A stretch of DNA of 36,638 nt, from the NCBI GenBank assembly GCA_037445735.1, contig JBBIJY010000025.1, positions 1 to 36,638 of the forward strand. The letters are read 5' to 3'. The DNA is from Armatimonadota bacterium (GTDB taxonomy: Bacteria > Armatimonadota > Fimbriimonadia > Fimbriimonadales > GBS-DC). Under the pieces are notes generated by a model. The model saw only the letters and a program-made list of their open reading frames with translations, was not told the origin of the DNA and did no database searches. This document shows positions 28,373 through 36,638 of the stretch, in pieces (within the stretch, counting starts at the first letter, position 1; every line of letters begins with the position of its first letter). Made by a program: the position numbers and the translations under genes.

Positions 28373-28402
28373 ATTGTACCATGCGCATGACACCCATGTC
28401 AA
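28373..28402 (-). promoter_or_regulatory. Strong sigma70-type promoter with overlapping palindromes
   Basis: TTGACA-18 bp-TACAAT with TG extension; inverted repeat TGACA-N4-TGTCA (28388-28401) and palindrome CATGCGCATG (28380-28389). Confidence 0.8.
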
Positions 28403-28449
28403 GTGTTGCACGCACTTTTTGGCAGAAAATCGGTGCGATTCGCCCCGTT

Positions 28450-30417
28450 TCAGATATAGATTCGATAGGTGGGAACCTGAAAGAGCAGTGTAACAAGCGA
28501 CCAGAGCGACCCCATCGTGAAGTCGCCCAGGATCAGCCCCAGCGCGAAGGGCAGCCCGAACCGATGCGCCCGCAACCCGCCCAAACGCATCAGCAGCACC
28601 TTGAAGCACCAGCCCAGAAAGAAAGCGAACCAGAAGTAGTCCACCGCGTAGCTCACGCCCAGTGCGTAGCCTGTTGGGTGGAACGGGAAGCCCGCGAAGG
28701 CGTTGCGCAACGCCCGCAGCCCCAGCACCATCAGCGCACCGCCCGCCAGATAGTACCAGCGGTTCGGATTGCGGAACGGCTCCTCCACCAGCCATGTGTT
28801 CAACCGCCCGAACGACTCGTTGCCCACCCAGTTTTTGAAGCCGCGACACTTCGCCTCCGCGCCATACAGATAGGTCACATGCAGGTTCGCCCAGCACACA
28901 ATCGCGAACGCCAGCACCGACACAGTTAGAATCAGCAGCCCCATTCGCAGCGGCGCAATCCCATAACTCTGCCCCATGCGCAACGCCTCCAGCTGGTTCG
29001 GCATCGGATGGCACCGATAGCCGCGATTGAACCAGTAGAGCGACTGCAACACGGTCAGGTTCTCCACGCCCAGCCCGCGCAGGGTGAACACATCGAACAA
29101 AATCCGCTGCGGGTTCACAAAGTAGATTTCGTGGGGTGCGCCCAGCTCCGCCCGCACGCGCGTAATCGTGAGCGCCAGCAGGAAATAGATGCCAAAAAAG
29201 AGCACGGCGACCCAGCCATCCATGCGCAACAGCAGCATGTTATAGAGAACGAGGATGCCGACGCCGAGCGCCAGCCCCAGCCAGCTGAGGCGGTAGAGGA
29301 AGCGTTCCGGATGAGAAGCGCCCCACGCCAGCTGCCACGCCTCGCGGAAGGTGAAGCGCGCGCTCCACAGCAGCAAGATGCCCAGCATCAACCACGCACC
29401 TGCCGCCTGCTCGTTCAGAAACGGGAAGCCCCGATTCTCCGCCGCGTCCCAGCCCATCACCGCGCCAAACACCTGAAACAGCTTGCGCGCCATAAAGAAG
29501 AACCATGCTGAAAACGCCAGATCGGGCGGCATCAGATACGCCAGCCCAATCGCGAACGGATACGCCGAGATGCGAAACGAACCGACCGCGCTCCACGGGC
29601 GCGTCGTGAAGTAGGGACCTATGTCATACAGTTTAATCCATTCGATATGGGGCAGCGCAGGGAACAGCACATGCAGCCCGTTCAGCCCGCTGATGCTCAT
29701 CGCCGTGCCGAACCCCATCCACATCGCGCGCGACTGCCAGAACACGCCCGACGGCTCCACCATCGCCAGCGGCAACTGAATCAGCGGAAAAGTGAGCCGC
29801 TCATGCTGAGTCCACTGCTTCAGCACCAGAAAGTTCAGGCACAGGCACATCAGCACGAGCGTCAGAATCAGCCCCGCCCATAGCAGCAACGGCTTCACCC
29901 ACGCCATCAGCCAGTCCAGCCGATAGGGCAGCATACCGCCATCATAATAGGGGCGCAGGACGCGCTCGTCCCACACGAACAGCTCGCGCGGGATAAAGGC
30001 GAAGAATCGCTCGCGCCAGCCCGATTCAGGTGTGCCATAGCGCTGCGCGTGCCCGATGGCGCCGAACAGGTTCTGCAGCATATCATGCCCTGCGAACACC
30101 GCGCCCGTCACGATGATAATGTAGATAATCAGCAGCTCTACCGCCGACAGTCGCCACGCGGGTCGCCAGCGCGTCAGAGCCAGATTGAGCATCGCCACAA
30201 TGAACAGCGTGAACACGGGCGTGATAAAGATGGGCAGGCTGGTGACATCGAGGGTGTACCATCGCACCTCGATCACGGTGATCCAGAAGATGTTGAGGGT
30301 CATCAACAGCAGTCCGATCAGCAGGGCGCGTGGGCGCAGACGCGGCGGCTCCCGGCCCGCTTCTGACAACGGCGCCATCAGCACCTGCAACCTCTTCCCC
30401 AGCGGCACACGCGCCAT
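28450..30417 (-). CDS. Polytopic membrane protein, DUF6785/DUF6784-like (putative transporter)
   Basis: About 655 aa with many TM helices; KQWTQHERLTFPLIQLP, TRVRAELG, FPFHPTGY and PFALGLILGDF motifs. Confidence 0.78.
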   Translation of the reverse strand: MARVPLGKRLQVLMAPLSEAGREPPRLRPRALLIGLLLMTLNIFWITVIEVRWYTLDVTSLPIFITPVFTLFIVAMLNLALTRWRPAWRLSAVELLIIYIIIVTGAVFAGHDMLQNLFGAIGHAQRYGTPESGWRERFFAFIPRELFVWDERVLRPYYDGGMLPYRLDWLMAWVKPLLLWAGLILTLVLMCLCLNFLVLKQWTQHERLTFPLIQLPLAMVEPSGVFWQSRAMWMGFGTAMSISGLNGLHVLFPALPHIEWIKLYDIGPYFTTRPWSAVGSFRISAYPFAIGLAYLMPPDLAFSAWFFFMARKLFQVFGAVMGWDAAENRGFPFLNEQAAGAWLMLGILLLWSARFTFREAWQLAWGASHPERFLYRLSWLGLALGVGILVLYNMLLLRMDGWVAVLFFGIYFLLALTITRVRAELGAPHEIYFVNPQRILFDVFTLRGLGVENLTVLQSLYWFNRGYRCHPMPNQLEALRMGQSYGIAPLRMGLLILTVSVLAFAIVCWANLHVTYLYGAEAKCRGFKNWVGNESFGRLNTWLVEEPFRNPNRWYYLAGGALMVLGLRALRNAFAGFPFHPTGYALGVSYAVDYFWFAFFLGWCFKVLLMRLGGLRAHRFGLPFALGLILGDFTMGSLWSLVTLLFQVPTYRIYI

Positions 30418-30454
30418 CGGGGAAGAGTCTACCCAGGGTATAATCTTTGTGAAG

Positions 30455-30778
30455 ATGAAGCGAGCCGTTGTGCTGGAGATACCCGAATCGATTCGGTCAG
30501 CGCTGGAGGCGGCAGGCTATTCTACCGAGACGCTTTCAGCAGAGGCGCGAAAACAGCTGGCAGCCGCGTTGTATCAAAAACGGGTGCTGACCCTCTCGCA
30601 AGCGGCGCAACTGGCAGGGATGAGCCTCTGGGAGTTTATCCCTGTGCTTGCCGAACAGGGCGTGCCGGCTCTCACTTACGATCCAGAGGAACTGGAGCAT
30701 GATTGGAAAGCGATTCAGAGACTGTCTAGGAAAATGAGCAAGCAACGGAGTCGCAGGACGTTTGTGCCAGACGGCTGA
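30455..30778 (+). CDS. UPF0175-family putative antitoxin
   Basis: LAAALYQKRVLTLSQAAQLAGMSLWEFIPVL..YDPEELEHD; TATAAT at 30439-30444; the 3' end runs into a MITE. Confidence 0.85.
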   Translation: MKRAVVLEIPESIRSALEAAGYSTETLSAEARKQLAAALYQKRVLTLSQAAQLAGMSLWEFIPVLAEQGVPALTYDPEELEHDWKAIQRLSRKMSKQRSRRTFVPDG

Positions 30779-30899
30779 AGCCGTTCCTATCAGACGAAGC
30801 CGACCTTCGTCGGCTAAAAGAGCCAGCGCAGGCTGGCTTTGTTTTATAGGAGCGGGTTCACCCGCCTGAATTCCCAAGAATTCCTAGACAGCCTCTGAA
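30714..30899. mobile_element. MITE-like element containing an inverted REP-like doublet
   Basis: 19-bp IR TTCAGAGACTGTCTAGGAA / TTCCTAGACAGCCTCTGAA (18/19); internal inverted units at 30769-30790 and 30846-30867. Confidence 0.75.
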
Positions 30900-30963
30900 A
30901 GCGTGGAGGAGCAGCAGCGCCAGCGTCGTATACTGGAGTGGGTGATTGGAAATAAGGGCCTGG

Positions 30964-32514
30964 ATGGTCGGTAAATGGCAGCGCGTGGGCGCCTGCTGGA
31001 TAGCGGGCGTCGGGCTTGCCATTGTGTCGGGAATGTGTGGCTGGGCACAGCTCCCGTACAACACCTCCCCTGACTGGCGCTCGGCGGATCGACACTATGC
31101 AACGGGCGGACTCTTTGCCGACATCAACGGCGATGGCTGGCTCGATTTTGTGGTCTCGAACGGCAACGACATGCGCCGCGAGCGGGTTGCCGTCTACTAC
31201 AACATTAATGGCGTGCTTGAGACCACTCCCAGCTGGGAATCGAGCGATACTGGCTACCATGGTCACCTGACGGTGGGCGATATTAACGGCGATGGCTGGC
31301 TCGATGTGGTGGTGGCAGTGCTGCTACCACAGGGTGGTGCTGGTGTTAAGCTCTATCTCAATCAAGGTGGGACTCTCTCATCAGCGCCGAACTGGGTCTC
31401 GGCGGTCTCTTTCTATGGCTGGCATCCCGCGCTGGGTGACCCAGATGCAGATGGCGATCTGGACCTGGCTATCGGCGGGTTCTGGCCCTATGGCAGTGGA
31501 CAAACACGCCACTTCATCTTCTTCAATCGGAACGGCATGCTGGAGACGACACCCAGCTGGGAGGTAACCACCGTGCGCGATGTTGCCCACATGGAGTTTG
31601 GCGATGTCGATCGCGACGGTGATCTGGACCTGATTGCCATCGCGCGACAGGGCAATCTGATCTTTCGCAATCAGAACGGCGTCATCAGCACCACTCCTGA
31701 CTGGGTTAGCACTGACAACAATCGCCAGTTTGCCAACACGCTGGCGCTGGGCGATGTGACGGGCGACGGCTATCTCGATCTGATTATGAGCGATAATAAC
31801 CAGCTGAGCGGCGGGTCGGGATACCACAAGCTTTATCGCAATCTGGGCACGGGCGTTTTTGAATCGATCCCTAGCTGGCGCTATTACGACGGCTATGTTT
31901 CGGGTGTCGCCCTGGCGGATGTTAATGGTGATGGGCGCCTTGACCTGGCGGTGGGCAAGTGGTGGGGCAGTATTCACCTTTTCCTCAACACAGGAACGGG
32001 GCTGTCGTCTACGCCCATCTGGAACTCGGCTGTGCAGCCAGTGGCGGAAGCCATCTGCTTTGGGGATTTGAACCGCGACGGCATTGTGCGGGCAACTTAC
32101 ACCTCCTCACAGGGGCAAAAACTGCACTATCTGGGGCATCAGCCAATCGAGCGCATCCTTCAGGTAGTGGCGGATGGACGGAGCCTGTCGCCCGCTGAGT
32201 ACTGCTATAATCTCACCAACGGCTGGATCTCGCTGCGCAACAGCCCTTCACAGAGCCTGATTGTTGAATATGAATACTCCACCCGACTGGAAATGGGCGT
32301 TACGGATTGGGACAACCGCGGCAATATCATTTTCTATCACCGTCAGCCAGGCGATGTGGACGGCAACAGCTGCGTGGACGACAGCGATCTTCTGCGTGTG
32401 TTGTTTGCCTTCGGTCAGAGCGGCACAGGACTGGCAGAAGACCTGAACCTTGACGGCGCTGTCGACGATGGCGATTTGCTGATCGGGCTGTTTCACTTCG
32501 GTGAGGGTTGTTAG
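30964..32514 (+). CDS. Secreted FG-GAP/VCBS-repeat protein with a C-terminal dockerin-like domain
   Basis: Signal peptide; repeated (A/G)DxxGDGxLD motifs; ends GDVDGNSCVDDSDLLRVLFAFG..DLNLDGAVDDGDLLIGLFHFG. Start uncertain (30946 or 30964). Confidence 0.88.
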   Translation: MVGKWQRVGACWIAGVGLAIVSGMCGWAQLPYNTSPDWRSADRHYATGGLFADINGDGWLDFVVSNGNDMRRERVAVYYNINGVLETTPSWESSDTGYHGHLTVGDINGDGWLDVVVAVLLPQGGAGVKLYLNQGGTLSSAPNWVSAVSFYGWHPALGDPDADGDLDLAIGGFWPYGSGQTRHFIFFNRNGMLETTPSWEVTTVRDVAHMEFGDVDRDGDLDLIAIARQGNLIFRNQNGVISTTPDWVSTDNNRQFANTLALGDVTGDGYLDLIMSDNNQLSGGSGYHKLYRNLGTGVFESIPSWRYYDGYVSGVALADVNGDGRLDLAVGKWWGSIHLFLNTGTGLSSTPIWNSAVQPVAEAICFGDLNRDGIVRATYTSSQGQKLHYLGHQPIERILQVVADGRSLSPAEYCYNLTNGWISLRNSPSQSLIVEYEYSTRLEMGVTDWDNRGNIIFYHRQPGDVDGNSCVDDSDLLRVLFAFGQSGTGLAEDLNLDGAVDDGDLLIGLFHFGEGC

Positions 32515-32543
32515 CAGGCTAACTGGATCTGTCAGGAGCGGCT

Positions 32544-33290
32544 TTACGCGCTTTGGTTTCCCAGCAGCCGACTTTTGAGGCGGCAGTATGCCAGCTCGGC
32601 GAGCGGCTTGAGATTCACGATGTCTTCGCGATTGTAGCGCAGGAGCGTCTCCAGCGCGGCGGTGTGCCCCGCGCAGTGGGCTTGCCAGAGGCGCACCGCC
32701 GCCCAGCCGTCCAGCCCGTCCACATCGGGGTCACGAATCAGCCCCAGCGTCTGCTCGATGCGCTTCAGCCCGCCCCGCAAGCCCAGCCGCCGCAAAGTCG
32801 GACACAAATCCAGATGGAGCTGATCCAGCATCAAGCCCGCAAAGTTGCGCTCCAGCATCGGCAGGTCAAAGTTCAGCCCGTTGAAGGTCACCAGCAGCGC
32901 GAAGGCGCGAATAAAGTCAGGGAACTCCTGCAGGTTGATGCCCCGCACAAACTGGTAAACCTCTACGCCATCGTAGACGCCAATCACGGTGATGGTTGTG
33001 CCGCCGTCGGTTTCAATATCGAGATAGGCGGCGCGATGTCCGAACTCCAGGAACGCTCGCCAGTGTTCACTGACGCGCAGTCGCCTTGCGAAGAAAGCGT
33101 GGTCGCCCTGCTGGAGCGCATCGAGCGAGCGTTCCGCCCCACGCAAAATCGCCGTTCGGTACGGCTCAGCAATCACCCAGCGGTCAGGAATCTCCAGCAG
33201 GGTGTGCCAGTCGCGGGCGCCCTGCGCCCAGAGCTGGCGCTCCAGCTCGTCGCTGATGCCCGATAGATGAATATAGGTGCTGGTCAGCAC
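32544..33290 (-). CDS. YprB-like RNase H-fold (DnaQ-like) exonuclease
   Basis: YLDIETDG, TFNGLNFDLP, GGLKRIE and YNREDIVNL; GTG start at 33290. Confidence 0.88.
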   Translation of the reverse strand: MLTSTYIHLSGISDELERQLWAQGARDWHTLLEIPDRWVIAEPYRTAILRGAERSLDALQQGDHAFFARRLRVSEHWRAFLEFGHRAAYLDIETDGGTTITVIGVYDGVEVYQFVRGINLQEFPDFIRAFALLVTFNGLNFDLPMLERNFAGLMLDQLHLDLCPTLRRLGLRGGLKRIEQTLGLIRDPDVDGLDGWAAVRLWQAHCAGHTAALETLLRYNREDIVNLKPLAELAYCRLKSRLLGNQSA

Positions 33291-33353
33291 AGCGTAAGGA
33301 TACCTCTTTTCGGGTGCGCACACAGGGTATAATCTCTCTGTGAGGTGAGAGTG

Positions 33354-34274
33354 ATGGTGACGACGACCCCGGTCAAGCGATTGTCGCTGAATGAGATGGT
33401 GCATCTGAACACGGGCAAGCGCACGCGCCTGTATCGGATGATGTATCAGTTCGGACCCGCGAACGGCACGCTGATGGTGCTGCCCTACGATCAGGGGCTG
33501 GAGCATGGACCGCGCGACTTTTTCCCCTACCCGCCGTCAGCAGACCCCGAATACATCTGCCAGCTGGCGATGGAGGGCGGCTTTTCGGCGGTCGCGTTCC
33601 AGTACGGCATCGCCGAGAAGACCATCGCGAAGTTCGCGGGGCGCATCCCGCTGATCCTGAAGCTCAACGGCAAGACGGAGATTCCGTCCGACGCGCAGGC
33701 GCTGTCGCCGCTGAACTCGCGGGTGGAGGACGCAGTTCGGCTCGGTGCCGATGCGGTCGGCTACACGCTCTATGTCGGCTCGCCACGCCAGGATGAGGAC
33801 TTCCGCCAGTTTATGGAGGTGCGTGAGGCGGCGGAGCGATACGGCATGCCGCTGATCGTGTGGTCGTACCCGCGTGGCGAGGCAGTGGAAGCGAAAGGTG
33901 GGCGCGATAGCCTCTGGGCGGTTGATTACGCGGCGCGCGTGGCTGCCGAGCTGGGCGCCGATGTGGTCAAAATCAACTTTCCGAAGCTCGCCCCGCCCGA
34001 AAAACGCGCCCTGCACCCCAGGCCGTACAACGAGCTGGAAGAGAGCGACGAGGAGCGCATCCGCCGCGTCATCGCCTCCGCGCCCAGCACCTTCGTGATT
34101 ATCTCCGGCGGCGAAAAGGGCAACGATGAGGATGTGCTGAACAAGGTACGCCTGTCGATGGAAGCGGGCGCCACCGGACTCATCTTCGGGCGCAATATCT
34201 GGCAACGCCCCTACGAGGAGGCGATGCGCATCATCGGGCAGATTCGCGACATCCTGCTCCAGTACCCGCGCTGA
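33354..34274 (+). CDS. fbaB: Class I fructose-bisphosphate aldolase (DhnA/FbaB family)
   Basis: [41 protein letters not shown] (Schiff-base Lys) and [14 protein letters not shown] at 33328-33333. Confidence 0.92.
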   Translation: MVTTTPVKRLSLNEMVHLNTGKRTRLYRMMYQFGPANGTLMVLPYDQGLEHGPRDFFPYPPSADPEYICQLAMEGGFSAVAFQYGIAEKTIAKFAGRIPLILKLNGKTEIPSDAQALSPLNSRVEDAVRLGADAVGYTLYVGSPRQDEDFRQFMEVREAAERYGMPLIVWSYPRGEAVEAKGGRDSLWAVDYAARVAAELGADVVKINFPKLAPPEKRALHPRPYNELEESDEERIRRVIASAPSTFVIISGGEKGNDEDVLNKVRLSMEAGATGLIFGRNIWQRPYEEAMRIIGQIRDILLQYPR

Positions 34275-34284
34275 CCACAACAGG

Positions 34285-34965
34285 ATGGAGCTGATCGCAC
34301 CCTCAGCGGTCGTTCTGCTTTCGGGCGGGCAGGACAGCACCACCTGCCTCTACTGGGCGAAGCAGCGCTTCACCCAGATCTATGCGCTGACCTTCGACTA
34401 CGGTCAGCGCCATCGCATCGAGCTGGACGCCGCCCGCACAATCGCGCAGATGGCAGGTGTGGCGCAGCACCGCATCCTGCGCATAACGGAGCTGGAGCAG
34501 CTGGGCGGCTCCGCCCTGCTCACCGATATGCCCATTCAGGAGACCGGCGGGCGCGGCGGCTTGCCCAACACCTTCGTGCCCGGACGCAACCTGCTCTTTC
34601 TGGTGCTGGCAGCCGCATGGGCGTACCAGCTGGAGTGCCACCACCTCGTCGGCGGCATGTGTCAGACCGACTATTCGGGCTATCCCGACTGCCGCCGTGC
34701 CACCATCGACGCTCTGGAGCAAGCCATTCGGCTCGGCATGGAGTGGGACATCACCATCCACACCCCGCTGATGGATCTCACGAAAGCAGAGAGTGTGCGC
34801 CTGGCGATGGCGGTGGGCGCGATGGAGGCGCTCGCGTACTCCCACACCTGCTACGAGGGGCAGTTCCCACCCTGCGGAACCTGCCCCGCCTGCCGCCTGC
34901 GCGCCCGAGGCTTCGAAGAAGCCGGCGTTGAAGACCCGCTCCTCGCCCGCGCCCGCCACATGTGA
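34285..34965 (+). CDS. queC: 7-cyano-7-deazaguanine synthase
   Basis: LLSGGQDST, FDYGQRH, TFVPGRN, DYSGYPDCR and CY..CGTCPAC. Confidence 0.96.
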   Translation: MELIAPSAVVLLSGGQDSTTCLYWAKQRFTQIYALTFDYGQRHRIELDAARTIAQMAGVAQHRILRITELEQLGGSALLTDMPIQETGGRGGLPNTFVPGRNLLFLVLAAAWAYQLECHHLVGGMCQTDYSGYPDCRRATIDALEQAIRLGMEWDITIHTPLMDLTKAESVRLAMAVGAMEALAYSHTCYEGQFPPCGTCPACRLRARGFEEAGVEDPLLARARHM

Positions 34966-35006
34966 ACCGTCAGCAGGTATACTCACACCAGCGGAGGAGA
35001 ATAACC

Positions 35007-36470
35007 ATGCCATACATCACCGAATCGGGCAAAAAGCTGATCACGGTCATTCCAGGCGACGGCGTTGGACCCGAATGCATCGGCGCCGCGCTGCGAATCC
35101 TGGAAGCGGTCGGTGCACCCATCGAGTGGGAAGTGCGCGAGGCAGGCGCCAGCGTGTTCAAAAAGGGTCTCGAAAGCGGCGTGCCACCCGAAACCATCGA
35201 ATCGATCCGCAAAACGCGCGTGGTGCTCAAGGGTCCACTGGAGACGCCCGTCGGCTACGGCGAAAAGAGCGCGAATGTTACCCTGCGCAAACTGTTCGAA
35301 ACCTACGCGAATGTACGCCCCGTGCGCGAGATGCCCAATGTGCCCACGCCCTACAGCGGACGCGGCATCGACCTAGTGGTGGTGCGCGAAAATGTGGAAG
35401 ACCTCTACGCCGGAATCGAACATATGCAGACACCTGGCGTCGCACAAACGCTCAAGCTCATCTCCCGTAAAGGCTGCGAAAAAATTGTGCGATTCGCCTT
35501 CGAACTGGCACGCGCCGAAGGGCGCACAAAAGTCCACTGCGCCACCAAGTCGAACATCATGAAGTTCAGCGAGGGGATGCTCAAGCGCGTGTTTGAAGAG
35601 GTCGCGCCCGAATACCCCGACATCGAAGCGAACCATATCATCGTGGACAACTGCGCCCACCAGCTGGTCAAGCGCCCGGAGCAGTTCGAAGTGATTGTGA
35701 CCACCAACATGAACGGCGATATTTTGAGCGATTTGACCTCCGCGCTGATTGGCGGGCTGGGCTTCGCGCCATCAGCCAACATAGGCAACGAGGTCGCCAT
35801 CTTCGAAGCGGTTCACGGCTCCGCGCCCAAATACGCCGGAAAGAATGTGATCAACCCAACGGCGGTCATCCTGTCGGCGGTGATGATGCTGCGCTATCTG
35901 GGCGAGTTCGAAGCGGCGGCAACCATCGAGAACGCCCTCCTCTATACCCTTGAAGAGGGCAGGGTGCGCACCGGCGATGTGGTCGGCTACGACCGCTGCA
36001 ACACCACCACCGAGTACACCGACGCCATTATCGCCAATCTGGGCAAGAAACCATCCACCACCTTCGTGCGGGAATACCGCCCCATCCAGCTGCCCCCGGT
36101 GCCGCCCGACCCGGTGAGCGTTCGCCCCCATAAGCGGCGTGTGGTGGGCGTGGATCTGTTCGTGGAGACCGAGCTGATGCCCGAACCACTGGGGCAACTG
36201 CTGGAGACGCTCGCCGCCGAATCGCCCTTCTACCTCAAAATGGTCTCCAATCGCGGCACGAAGGTGTACCCGCCCACAGGCGCCATCACCGATGTGGTGG
36301 ACCACTATCGGTGCCGATTCCTGTTGCGCGACCCGGCAGGCGACGCCACCGACACGCAGATTCTCGTGCTGGTTCAGCGCATCGGCAGCCGCCTGCGCTG
36401 GATGCACATCGAGAAGCTGAATGAGTTCGACGGCGCACCAGGCTTCACCAAAGCACAGGGCGAAGATTGA
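35007..36470 (+). CDS. icd: Isocitrate dehydrogenase, long form with C-terminal extension (Thermus/Rickettsia type)
   Basis: IPGDGVGPE, KGPLETPVG..SANVTLRK, NMNGDILSD, FEAVHGSAP, and C-terminal SNRGTKVYP..FTKAQG; ATG at 35007 after GGAGG. Confidence 0.95.
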   Translation: MPYITESGKKLITVIPGDGVGPECIGAALRILEAVGAPIEWEVREAGASVFKKGLESGVPPETIESIRKTRVVLKGPLETPVGYGEKSANVTLRKLFETYANVRPVREMPNVPTPYSGRGIDLVVVRENVEDLYAGIEHMQTPGVAQTLKLISRKGCEKIVRFAFELARAEGRTKVHCATKSNIMKFSEGMLKRVFEEVAPEYPDIEANHIIVDNCAHQLVKRPEQFEVIVTTNMNGDILSDLTSALIGGLGFAPSANIGNEVAIFEAVHGSAPKYAGKNVINPTAVILSAVMMLRYLGEFEAAATIENALLYTLEEGRVRTGDVVGYDRCNTTTEYTDAIIANLGKKPSTTFVREYRPIQLPPVPPDPVSVRPHKRRVVGVDLFVETELMPEPLGQLLETLAAESPFYLKMVSNRGTKVYPPTGAITDVVDHYRCRFLLRDPAGDATDTQILVLVQRIGSRLRWMHIEKLNEFDGAPGFTKAQGED

Positions 36471-36501
36471 CGCGCTCCGCTCACGCTTCTCTCATACCGC
36501 T

Positions 36502-36529
36502 GCGGGCAAGAGGGTCACCCCTTGCCCGC
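36502..36529 (+). terminator. Hairpin downstream of icd
   Basis: GCGGGCAAG(A)GG-GTCA-CCCCTTGCCCGC; no clear U-tract. Confidence 0.5.
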
Positions 36530-36638
36530 CCGCATGCTATGGGTAAAAAAGTTCCATCAAGCACCACCCCTCTGGAAAAAGAAGGACACAGGCAGCAAAA
36601 CAAAAACATCCCCAATCCCGACTAATCCTGACTGACCG

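Noticed and set aside
34285-34965. queC as part of a Dpd/QatC-type defence or DNA-modification system
   Set aside because: Canonical length and motifs, flanked by fbaB and icd, with no dpdA, TatD or ATPase partner.
36541-36638. A/C-skewed window end sharing TTAGTCGG(G)ATT (minus strand) with 252-262
   Set aside because: The match is too short and truncated by the window edge to call a repeat or gene.

Overview
GC-rich bacterial chromosomal segment, mostly housekeeping and envelope genes. The gene content (two DUF1559/H-X9-DG prepilin-type proteins, a DUF6785-like membrane protein, dockerin-like C-terminal tails, a PEP-CTERM tail, futalosine-pathway genes) suggests Armatimonadota; this is an inference. 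Recognisable genes: DUF59, htpX, leuS, serA, Zn-ADH, mqnA plus a UbiA-family prenyltransferase, an SDR, pilT, an ECF sigma/anti-sigma pair, a sigma70-family factor, a SPOR protein, two TlpA-domain proteins, a penicillin acylase, a GT4, MoxR, UPF0175, an FG-GAP protein, a YprB-like nuclease, a class I aldolase, queC and icd. Not shown by the ORF track: a probable 6S RNA (13086-13262, minus strand) and several MITE/REP-like elements. The two most interesting candidates are (1) an intact four-gene operon of phage neck/holin-like genes between leuS and htpX with no other phage genes in the window, and (2) a strongly promoted 78-aa basic protein followed by an unassigned ~174-nt multi-stem RNA-like structure and a closing hairpin. 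All family assignments come from motif recognition by eye; no database searches were run.
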